Positions 9,081 to 17,127 of a stretch of 64,000 nt of DNA are shown one piece after another. Both the position numbers and the translations under genes were made by a program. Where the stretch lies: contig JACPHX010000006.1 of NCBI GenBank assembly GCA_016188425.1, forward strand, positions 28,585 to 92,584, in the 5' to 3' direction. The first letter of the stretch is position 1; each line of letters begins with the position of its first letter. Below the pieces are notes generated by a model. The model saw only the letters and a program-made list of their open reading frames with translations, was not told the origin of the DNA and did not search any database. Source of the DNA: Candidatus Uhrbacteria bacterium (lineage in GTDB: Bacteria > Patescibacteriota > Patescibacteriia > UBA9934 > GWF2-40-263).

Positions 9081-9478
9081 GCTGGGGGGAATCGAACCCC
9101 CGTCTGGAACCGATAAACGGTAGGCACTACGCGTGTAGTCTCATTTTATACCTCCTGCACAGGGAAACGAGACAAACGCATGCAGAAGGGTCGATGAATG
9201 TCAGGACAAAGACATCAACGAGTCTTTGTCCTTAAGCTCGACGCCATATGACACACGCATTCCCCTATCGAGCAGCGCGAAATGCGGGTGGGCTATCCAC
9301 AAGGGACTAAAGTCGTTTTTAGGCGACAGCCAGAGCAAGGGAAGGAACGCGCAAAGCGCTCTTCACCTGGTTCCAAAGATTGGCATGTTTGATGTGTACC
9401 GGTGTGAGTACGAGGGTCGGTACCCCCTCGACACGCTCCTGCCGATGACCAGGCCCCATCGAAGGCCATGTCAGCCCC
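9074..9478 (-). ncRNA. ssrA: tmRNA; tag (A)ANLWNQVKSALRVPSLALAVA*
   Basis: 5' GGGGCTGACATGGCCTTCGA; 3' GACGGGGGTTCGATTCCCCCCAGCTCCACCA; tag ORF stops at 9319; smpB upstream. Confidence 0.95.
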
Positions 9479-9594
9479 GTACCTTTCCCAAAGACGTTCG
9501 TGGGCAATCGAAAGTATGTCTGTCGACAACGCCTACGGCTTCGGTTGGTGGCGATCCTAACGGGTGGTGTTAGGAAAGGTACGGGGCAGGCCCC
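9474..9594. repeat. Fold-back element at the tmRNA 5' end
   Basis: 15-bp perfect IR GCCCCGTACCTTTCC 9474-9488/9573-9587; GCCCC repeated at 9590. Confidence 0.75.
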
Positions 9595-9626
9595 TCATTC
9601 GCTTGGGGAAGAGGGACAGTCATGGA

Positions 9627-10079
9627 CTATTCGTCGCGGACGGAACCTTTCATGCGTTCGCGGAGCGTGCGGTTTATTTCTTTTTTCTTGAGCGTGTCGC
9701 GTTTTTCAAATGCCTTCTTCCCGCGGCCGAGCCCGATCTTTATCTTGATGAAAGGCCCCTTACTATAGACCGAAATTGGAACAATTGTCAATCGATCCTG
9801 CTGCTTTTTTGCGGCAAGACGAAGGATTTCATTCTGGTGAAGAAGCAGCTTGCGCTCGCGGATCGGATCTTGTTCGCCGTCGGCCGGCTTGTAGGGAGAA
9901 ATGTGAGCGTTCTTCAAGCAGAGCTCTCCCCTCCTCACGTGGACAAACGCGCCCTGAAGTTTCATTTGCTTCGCGCGGACCGATTTCACCTCGGCGCCTG
10001 TCAACACCAAACCCGCCTCGTACTCTTCGAGGATCTCAAAATCGAGATACGCGGTTTTATTGACGGAGAGGTCGGACAT
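9627..10079 (-). CDS. smpB: SsrA-binding protein
   Basis: NK.A..DFEILEEYEAGLVLTGAEVKS; RKLLLH; GKKAFEKR. Start re-set to MSDLS. Confidence 0.97.
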   Translation of the reverse strand: MSDLSVNKTAYLDFEILEEYEAGLVLTGAEVKSVRAKQMKLQGAFVHVRRGELCLKNAHISPYKPADGEQDPIRERKLLLHQNEILRLAAKKQQDRLTIVPISVYSKGPFIKIKIGLGRGKKAFEKRDTLKKKEINRTLRERMKGSVRDE

Positions 10080-10089
10080 AGGGAAGAGT

Positions 10090-10125
10090 CGCAAAAGGCG
10101 CAAGGGGCACAGGAGGCGCAAGGGA
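10090..10125. repeat. 9-bp tandem array (CGCAAGGGG family)
   Basis: 4 degenerate units. Same family at 22672-22707, 23543-23578, 24287-24322, 54856-54980 and 58591-58630. Confidence 0.8.
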
Positions 10126-10178
10126 ACGAATGTTTATCTTGCTTTTTTGGCTGATTCCTTTATCATCCAGGACAAGCT

Positions 10179-10730
10179 ATGCGCATTCATCGACATCGAC
10201 AACGTAAACCTAAGTATAACGTCCAAGAGTACCGAGTCAACCAAACCATCACCGCGCCGCAGGTACGGGTCGTCGATGAGGATGGAACGGCCTACGGCGT
10301 TTTGGATATCGCCTCGGCATTGACCCTCGCCGCCCAGAAGGAAAAGGATCTGGTCGAGGTCTCCCCCAAGGGTGATCCGCCGGTCTGCCGTCTCTTGAAC
10401 TACGGTCACTTCCGCTACCAGAAGGAAAAGGAAGCGCGCAAAGCCAAAACGCAGTCCCATGAAGTGGAAGTCAAAGGCGTGCGCCTCACGGTTCGCATGG
10501 GTGAAGGCGACTGGGCCGTTCGGCTAGGCCAGGCAAAAAAATTCCTCGAGCGCGGAGACAAAGTCCGACTCGAACTCATCCTTCGTGGGCGTGAAAAAGC
10601 TCACAAAGAGGTCGGTCAGGATCGCATCAACGAATTCATGGTAGACCTCAAAGGTTTTTTCCCGTTGCGAGTCGAACAGACCGTTACCTTCCAAGCTGGT
10701 CGTTTCATTGCAATTCTAGCTCGGGAATAA
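10179..10730 (+). CDS. infC: Translation initiation factor IF-3
   Basis: VN..I.AP.VRVV; DLVEVSP...PPVCRLLNYG; GDKVR...RGRE. Confidence 0.96.
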   Translation: MRIHRHRQRKPKYNVQEYRVNQTITAPQVRVVDEDGTAYGVLDIASALTLAAQKEKDLVEVSPKGDPPVCRLLNYGHFRYQKEKEARKAKTQSHEVEVKGVRLTVRMGEGDWAVRLGQAKKFLERGDKVRLELILRGREKAHKEVGQDRINEFMVDLKGFFPLRVEQTVTFQAGRFIAILARE

Positions 10731-10863
10731 AGGGGACAGACGGTTTGACAGGTTCCCTTCGCTCCCCTATGCTTGCAGCGACATACGGATGAATCCACAG
10801 GCGAATGTTTGCGGGCAGTCCGTGGGAGGGTTGCAGACCCGCCCCAACCTCACATTATTTTGT

Positions 10864-11025
10864 ATGAAATTGAAGACACACAAGGCACTGAAACGCCGGG
10901 TTCGGGTGACCAAAACCGGGAAAACCATGAAGCGATACGTTGGGCAGAACCATTTCAACGCCCGCGATACTGGAAAAGCCAGCCGCAAAAAACGCCGCGA
11001 CGTCCAATTCGCGCACAACCACTAA
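10864..11025 (+). CDS. rpmI: 50S ribosomal protein L35, C-terminally short (53 aa)
   Basis: MKLKTHKALKRRVRVTKTGK; lies between infC and rplT. Confidence 0.9.
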   Translation: MKLKTHKALKRRVRVTKTGKTMKRYVGQNHFNARDTGKASRKKRRDVQFAHNH

Positions 11026-11187
11026 GAGGCTATCTCAAAAATCCTTTTCGACCGGCTCGGGCCAAAACGGCCTGCAATCGGTTCAGGATTCGTCGAAATA
11101 GTCCACACTATTCCTCCTCACCCTTCACCGATTTCGGCTCGTTTTGACCTCGACCCGGTTCGAAAATTATTTTTGAAATAACCTCTT
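11024..11187. mobile_element. MITE-like element with long imperfect inverted repeats
   Basis: AAGAGGCTATCTCAAAAAT...ATTTTTGAAATAACCTCTT ends; ~65-bp imperfect arms; no ORF. Confidence 0.65.
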
Positions 11188-11189
11188 CT

Positions 11190-11608
11190 ATGCCACGTGT
11201 AAAACGCGGGATGCTTCACCTGAAGAAGCGCCGCACCATCCTCTCCCGCACCAAAGGGATGAAGTGGGGCCGCAAGTCCAAACTGCGCCTCGCCCGTATC
11301 GCGGCCTCTCCCGCACCAAAGGGATGAAGTGGGGCCGCAAGTCCAAACTGCGCCTCGCCCGTATCGCGGCCATCAAAGCCGGGGTATACGCCCATCGCGA
11401 CCGCCGCAACAACAAACGCAACTTCCGCCGTCTGTGGCAGGTTCGCATCAATGCCGCCGTTCGCCCACACGGGACAACCTATAGCAAATTCATCCACGAA
11501 TTGAGCACGAAAGGCATCATAGTGGATCGCAAAATCCTCGCCCTCCTTGCCAAGGATTACCCAGCCGCTTTTGAGGGAATCGTGAAGCAAGTCATGGCGA
11601 CCAAGTAA
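11190..11608 (+). pseudogene. rplT: 50S ribosomal protein L20, frameshifted by a 65-bp tandem duplication (possible assembly artefact)
   Basis: MPRVKRG start; identical copies 11240-11304 and 11305-11369; removing one gives an intact 117-aa L20. Confidence 0.9.
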
Positions 11609-11619
11609 ATTTTGGAAAG

Positions 11620-11644
11620 AAAAACCCGTGAAAACGGGTTTTTT
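11620..11644 (+). terminator. Intrinsic terminator after rplT
   Basis: AAAACCCGT-GAAA-ACGGGTTTT followed by a T-tract. Confidence 0.75.
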
Positions 11645-11655
11645 GTTTGGCAATG

Positions 11656-11684
11656 TTGACTTTTCGTAAATTTTCAGCTATATT
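11656..11684 (+). promoter_or_regulatory. Sigma70-type promoter
   Basis: TTGACT-17 bp-TATATT; related TTGACTTTTC box at 13061. Confidence 0.6.
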
Positions 11685-11754
11685 TACTGGTCCCAATCCA
11701 CGGCCGTGCCTAAATCCGCGGCAACGATCACAACCAACAGAGGAGGATACTGGG

Positions 11755-12978
11755 ATGGAAATCAGACGATACTCGGGCAAAAACCAGTTCTGGCTCATGA
11801 TCAGGAGCCCGGACATCATCACTGTGGAGATCACAGTGTTCGGAGAAAACGGAAAGGTTATTCAGTCGCCGACGCCGAAGACCCCGCTCCGAGTGGGTCC
11901 CGTCGGCCCCTCGTTCTCGGATCAACACCCCGGCAAAATGGGGTACACCTTCTCCGTTCAGCAGACGAAGAACAACATGACGGTAGGGCCGAACATGACC
12001 TTCTCCTTCAAAAAAGAAGAGGTAGTGAAAGGGGATCAACAATGGCTCGATGATCCGACGCTTCAAGCGCCGGCTCCGATCGCACCCGCGGCTCCGACCA
12101 CCGCGGCCGCAGGATCAGCTCCAACGACCACGGTGTCTCCGCTTCTCACGGGAGCAGCGGTCGTCCCACCGACGGCAGGAGGATCCTCGGCTCTCCCTGA
12201 CCCATTCATCCCAAGCCAGATTTTGGCCGCCATGGGACAACCGGTAGCGGCTGCTCCGACGGAAGCAGATGATGAGGCGAAGGTCGCCGCGGAGGTCGCC
12301 AGGCAAGCGGAAGAGGCGGCATCGTCGCGACCGAAGGTCCCAATGGGGAATCTCTTTCCCAAGAAAGAGCCAGTGGGAACGAAGAAGAAACAAGAGGAAA
12401 AAACAAAAAAAGGAGCAACCGAAACGAACTGGCCCTTCTGGGCTCTTCTCCTTGTGGGAATCTGCATCGGTGGAAAATGGATCTGGGACTCGCAACAGGA
12501 ATCCAAGACACAGGGAACCTTGTTGCTTGGAACCAAGGATGCGGGGACGAACGAAGGGCATGTTCTCACCTTCGAGGACCAGCCAATCAAAGATGCCTCG
12601 CCGCCCCCCGCGCCCGCAGTCGAGTCCCACTCCCCAGACGCTTCCGTCACACCGGAACAACTACGACGGTGCGGGTCGGGGCTTCATCCGACCAACCAAG
12701 GGGTCTCCTGCGAGCCAAGAGGAGAAGGAGCGATCCGTTCGCTTCAACTGGACCAGGGAAACTTCAAGATGGTCTGCCAGAAGGACGGCAAAAAGAGAGC
12801 CGTCCTGATGAGAGACACGGATTTCACGGAAGCGACGGGGATTTACCTCTCCTGCTTCCGAGAGACCTGGCAGTGCGATCCGCAGACCGATGCGGATTGC
12901 CAGAAACGCAAGGATGAGCTGACCAACGGGGGCTGGAAACGTCTCCAGGACTACGCCACCGACCCAGACAAACTGTAA
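11755..12978 (+). CDS. Orphan bitopic membrane protein with a Cys-containing C-terminal domain
   Basis: SD GAGGAGG before MEIRR; Pro/Ala linker; one TM; VSCEP...GW domain. Confidence 0.75.
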   Translation: MEIRRYSGKNQFWLMIRSPDIITVEITVFGENGKVIQSPTPKTPLRVGPVGPSFSDQHPGKMGYTFSVQQTKNNMTVGPNMTFSFKKEEVVKGDQQWLDDPTLQAPAPIAPAAPTTAAAGSAPTTTVSPLLTGAAVVPPTAGGSSALPDPFIPSQILAAMGQPVAAAPTEADDEAKVAAEVARQAEEAASSRPKVPMGNLFPKKEPVGTKKKQEEKTKKGATETNWPFWALLLVGICIGGKWIWDSQQESKTQGTLLLGTKDAGTNEGHVLTFEDQPIKDASPPPAPAVESHSPDASVTPEQLRRCGSGLHPTNQGVSCEPRGEGAIRSLQLDQGNFKMVCQKDGKKRAVLMRDTDFTEATGIYLSCFRETWQCDPQTDADCQKRKDELTNGGWKRLQDYATDPDKL

Positions 12979-13129
12979 CCCGCAGGCGGGTACATGCAGA
13001 CCCGCCATCATCGCAGGGACGATCCGGACATCACGGATCGCCCCTTTTTCATTCTTGGGCTTGACTTTTCCATAAAAATTGGCATGATAAGGGCGGTCCA
13101 CAGAACAAAAACAGGAGAAAAATACGAAA

Positions 13130-15316
13130 ATGGCCAGTAAAGGACCTCTGGACTTCGATCCGGAAGAACAAACCTTGCCGCAAGGGGCTTTCGTTCCCTT
13201 GCTTAAACCCGAAAAGGGAGAAATCGGAGCACGCTACATGTCCGAACCGCCACCGCCCCCACACCCATCCGTTGCTCCCGACCTGTTGGGAGCAGCACCA
13301 CACGATTCCGACGATATCTCCACCGAGTTCGAGAGAGCATTCGCGCAGGATCCGGCGGGAGAGGAGTCGACACAGGAGTTGACAGACCAGGGAATCCTGG
13401 GACCGGCCGGCACGCACGATTCGGTTCCGCCGACGGCAGAGGCGGTCACCAGCGTGGCACAGCGCCTCGTGACCACTACGCTCATGGGAGACAGGGGGAA
13501 GGGGAAATCCTCGATCCCCGACGCGGCCACGGAAGTTGACCCGTCATTGGGTCAGCGAGCGATCCCTCCCTCCAGAACGGGAGCGACGCCGTCCTCCGAA
13601 TTCGCCAAGCTCGAGGAAGCGCGGGCGCAGACGAGCCGCGAACGCAAGAGGTTCGAGGAACTCTACAAACAAGCGACCGAACTGCGCGGAGAGGTCAACG
13701 ACCTGCGAGTGAAGGTGGAGCCGCTCAAAGCGGAACTGCCGGGGCTCGAGGCGCGCGCGAAGGCGGCAAAAGAGGCCGAGGCGAACGCCCGGGCGGAAGT
13801 GGCCCAACTCACCGACCAAGTCGGCCAGCTGGACACCCGGAAGGCGAGGCTCGAGGCCGAGATCGAAGAGATGTCGGTGGTCCTGTCGACCAGTAACAAC
13901 GAACTCAAGGACATCGATTCCACGATCGAGATACGACGCCACGATCTCGGAACCCTCGAGGAGAAGATCGAGACGGGCGCAGACGTGCTCGAGGCGATGG
14001 GCAGGGAAACGGACGCAAGTCTGAAGAAGATGGCGGAGGCGAAGAGCGCCACGGCGGGGGCGGAGACGTATCTCTTGGACCTGTCCAGCCAAATCGAGAA
14101 TCGGGAAGGAAAACGAGATGAGCTTGGCATCGAAATCAGCAAGCTCATTGCTGATCGCAAAGCCGCCGCCTCCAACCTGACGCAGCTCGAAGCGAACCTC
14201 GAGGGTGTGCGCACGGAGCTGAACGCGCAGACAAAGCAGTTGGAAGGGATCGTCGCGAAGAAGGAGGCGGCTCTCGCGGAGCTCTCGGACAAGGTGACGC
14301 AGAAAGAGGCGGCGCTTGCGGCCGCAGAGGAAGGACAAAGGAGAGTGATGGAAGAAACGAAAAAACAGCAAGAAGCCCTGGCGGCAATCAATGCCGAGAT
14401 CGGTGTGATCGAGAAGGACCTGACGGCCAAGAAAGCCCAACGGGACGCCATAGCACAGCAAGTCCAAGAGCAGACGAATGCGTTGGAGTCGCTCAAGTCA
14501 CGTGCCGAGGCCGCGGCACAGAACCCCGTCGCCGTCACCCACGGAAATCTCCTGGATCCGAGCGGAATCCCGAATTTCCCCTTGGGGAAGGACAGCAAGC
14601 CGGCCCCCGCCACGGATCCGAAGCCATCCCAGACCATTGGGACGGCATCGAACCATGGCGGAACGATGGATCAGCGGACGCATCCCGAGCCGCAGCCCTC
14701 GTCGCCGCAGTATTCGTCCGTGACCCGCAACAAGACCGATAAGGAAAACAAGGACATTGAAACCGCGAGCGGCGCCTCGCGTGGCGTTCTGGGCATCGCC
14801 TTCATCCTCGTGATCCTCGGCCTGTTGGGATGGGGTGCCTACTCCATTGCCAAGGATCCGCTCACCGCCTGGTTCAACAAGCCGGCGGCAGTCGTGGTAC
14901 CCCCACCGAGCGAGGCATCCGAAGAGGAGGAGACGGCCACGGAGGAAGCATCGGAGGATTCGGCGCCAGAGGTCATTCCCGCGGCACCGACGAAGGACAG
15001 ACGGCCCATCATTCCGACCCAAGCCCCGACGACGCCATCGGCGACGTCCGCGGTCAGCTGTGAGCCCTACGGGGCGGGCGAGATACGGTCGTTTGACATC
15101 AAAGACGGCCGCGTGCTCCTGCAATGCGGGACGGATTGCTACCGCGCGACGTTCGCGGCGATCGAGAAGCAAACCGGCTCCAAGATCTACGAAGCGCGCA
15201 GGGCGTACCAGTGCACAGAGAATTCCTGTGCCGACGCGCGGAAGCAATTCCGAGAAGCCGGCTGGGATCCCTCGGCCAGCAAAGAAGCATTCAGTTCCTC
15301 GACTGAGTGCAAGTGA
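13130..15316 (+). CDS. Orphan coiled-coil bitopic membrane protein with the same C-terminal domain
   Basis: 728 aa; ~300-aa heptad region; one TM; VSCEP...GW domain; SD AGGAG. Confidence 0.8.
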   Translation: MASKGPLDFDPEEQTLPQGAFVPLLKPEKGEIGARYMSEPPPPPHPSVAPDLLGAAPHDSDDISTEFERAFAQDPAGEESTQELTDQGILGPAGTHDSVPPTAEAVTSVAQRLVTTTLMGDRGKGKSSIPDAATEVDPSLGQRAIPPSRTGATPSSEFAKLEEARAQTSRERKRFEELYKQATELRGEVNDLRVKVEPLKAELPGLEARAKAAKEAEANARAEVAQLTDQVGQLDTRKARLEAEIEEMSVVLSTSNNELKDIDSTIEIRRHDLGTLEEKIETGADVLEAMGRETDASLKKMAEAKSATAGAETYLLDLSSQIENREGKRDELGIEISKLIADRKAAASNLTQLEANLEGVRTELNAQTKQLEGIVAKKEAALAELSDKVTQKEAALAAAEEGQRRVMEETKKQQEALAAINAEIGVIEKDLTAKKAQRDAIAQQVQEQTNALESLKSRAEAAAQNPVAVTHGNLLDPSGIPNFPLGKDSKPAPATDPKPSQTIGTASNHGGTMDQRTHPEPQPSSPQYSSVTRNKTDKENKDIETASGASRGVLGIAFILVILGLLGWGAYSIAKDPLTAWFNKPAAVVVPPPSEASEEEETATEEASEDSAPEVIPAAPTKDRRPIIPTQAPTTPSATSAVSCEPYGAGEIRSFDIKDGRVLLQCGTDCYRATFAAIEKQTGSKIYEARRAYQCTENSCADARKQFREAGWDPSASKEAFSSSTECK

Positions 15317-15388
15317 TCCACGGCAGTGTCTGCGCGAAACGAGCCCTTGCTCGTTTCCCAGGCACTGTGTTTTTTATACAGAGGATAC

Positions 15389-15592
15389 AAAAAATCACCT
15401 TTTCAGGTGATTTTTTGGCGGACCGGACGGGATTCCTCCTCATCCGTCGTTCGCGGTGCCGGGGCGGCACATGCTCACTCCTCCTTCGGAGCCTGGGGCG
15501 TCCAAAACGTGAAGCAGTTCACGTTTTGGCCGTCCCCTTCGAATCCCGTCCGATCCGCCACACACAAAAAACCACCTTTTCAGGTGATTTTT
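15389..15592. repeat. Duplicated tRNA-Asp 3' end plus terminator, with an inverted copy
   Basis: CACCTTTTCAGGTGATTTTTTGGCGGACCGGACGGGATTC present twice; inverted 20-mer at 15541-15560. Confidence 0.85.
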
Positions 15593-15670
15593 TGGCGGAC
15601 CGGACGGGATTCGAACCCGCGATCTTCTCCGTGACAGGGAGACGTGTTAACCGGGCTACACCACCGATCC
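15593..15670 (-). tRNA. tRNA-Asp(GTC)
   Basis: Cloverleaf; TCTCC-CT-GTC-AC-GGAGA; encoded CCA. Confidence 0.96.
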
Positions 15671-15744
15671 ATGTATTTTGGTGGCGGCATGGTAACACGC
15701 GTCTTTTTTCTCTGCAACCAGTGCTTCAATCTCTTTCCACAGCC

Positions 15745-17106
15745 CTAAATCTCCCTCACCTCCAGCTTCCCTCCCGCATATGTTGCCACTTCCATGCTGA
15801 CATCCAGCACCTTCAACCGTTTCAGCTGGGCGATCGCTTCTTTGATAGGATCCCCTTCCCCGGGCTTTACCACGAGAGGGCGCACGCCCCAGCGGAGCAT
15901 GTTCTGGCGGGCGACGACGAGGGAGGGGCAGACGAGGTACAGGGGTACTTCGGGATGTTCACGGAACAAGGTTTCTTCTGTCGTTAGGATCAAATCAACC
16001 TCATCATTTTCCGCCAATGATTTTACGACGTCGACCGGATTTCCTTTCAAACCGTTGGTGCTTCCCCCTTTTACTTCCACGTCGTCGTACATAGATTTCT
16101 CCGCGACTTGGATGATCGTAGACATGGTTTCCACGGCGAGGAGTGGATACTTCCCCGCGGCGGTCTCGCCTGAAAGCATGACCGCGTCGGTGTGATCGAA
16201 GACGGCATTGGCGACATCGGAAACCTCCGCGCGCGTGGGGCGCGACTGGCGTATCATGGAATCGAGCATTTGGGTGGCGACAATGACGGGTTTCCCTGCG
16301 TCCCGACAGATGTCGACGATTTGTTTCTGGCGCACCGGAACTTCCGCGGCCGGAATCTCGATTGCCAAATCTCCCCGCGCCACCATGATGCCATCCGCCA
16401 CCTCCAGGAGCTCGGCGAAGCGGTCGATCGCCTCACGCCGCTCGATCTTGAGCAGGATACGCGGCGGCGTATTTTTCCCCGCGGCGGTTTGGGAGATGCG
16501 CCGCAAGAGCTTCACATCCTTTGGATCGACGACAAAAGAAAGCGCCAGCCAATCGACCCCGAGTTTTGTTAAAAACACCGCATCATCTTTGTCCTTGTCT
16601 GTGAGCGCAGACAGCCCAAGTTTGGTGTCAGGGACATTCATCCCTTTGTGCGAAAGCAGCGTGCCCCCATGTACCACCCGCGCCATCAATTCCCCATTCC
16701 CGACCTTGGTGACCACAAGCTCCAACAACCCATCATCGATAAAAATGCGTTCCCTTTTTTTCATCTCCTGGGACAATTTCTCGTAACTCAAAGGGATCGC
16801 ACTTTCTTTTCCCATGTGCAAAGAAGAAACAAAACGAACCTCCTTCCCTTCCTCCAACATGAGCCCCTCCGCCGGAAGCTCGCCCACACGCAAGCGCGGC
16901 CCCTGAAGATCGCCAAGGATCGCGATCGGCTGGTTCGTTTTTTTCTCTGCCGCTCGGATAGAGCGGACGCGTTCCTCATGATACGCATGCGTACTGTGCG
17001 ACAAATTCAACCGAGCGACCCGCATCCCAGCGCCTATGAGCGATTGGAGTATCTCTGGGCTTTGGCTCGCAGGGCCGATCGTACAAACGATTTTTGTGCG
17101 GGTCAT
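15745..17106 (-). CDS. pyk: Pyruvate kinase
   Basis: TKIVCTIGPAS, DLQGP, DGIMVARGDL, ATQMLDSM, MLSGETA. Confidence 0.97.
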   Translation of the reverse strand: MTRTKIVCTIGPASQSPEILQSLIGAGMRVARLNLSHSTHAYHEERVRSIRAAEKKTNQPIAILGDLQGPRLRVGELPAEGLMLEEGKEVRFVSSLHMGKESAIPLSYEKLSQEMKKRERIFIDDGLLELVVTKVGNGELMARVVHGGTLLSHKGMNVPDTKLGLSALTDKDKDDAVFLTKLGVDWLALSFVVDPKDVKLLRRISQTAAGKNTPPRILLKIERREAIDRFAELLEVADGIMVARGDLAIEIPAAEVPVRQKQIVDICRDAGKPVIVATQMLDSMIRQSRPTRAEVSDVANAVFDHTDAVMLSGETAAGKYPLLAVETMSTIIQVAEKSMYDDVEVKGGSTNGLKGNPVDVVKSLAENDEVDLILTTEETLFREHPEVPLYLVCPSLVVARQNMLRWGVRPLVVKPGEGDPIKEAIAQLKRLKVLDVSMEVATYAGGKLEVREI

Positions 17107-17127
17107 AGGGCGCAATAGAACCGAACG

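Noticed and set aside
11264-11608. 114-aa ORF as an intact L20 with a novel N-terminus
   Set aside because: The N-terminus is an out-of-frame product of the 65-bp duplication; the true start is 11190.
13130-15316. SMC, tape-measure or prophage assignment for the coiled-coil protein
   Set aside because: No Walker motifs or hinge, and no phage genes nearby.
15503-15530. AAAACGTGAA...TTCACGTTTT as a parS site
   Set aside because: The half-sites are in the wrong order and spaced relative to TGTTTCACGTGAAACA; it is an internal hairpin of the fold-back element.
15307-15987. 226-aa ORF with the repeated peptide TFSGDFLADRTGF
   Set aside because: It is a translation of the tRNA-Asp duplication and antisense pyk.
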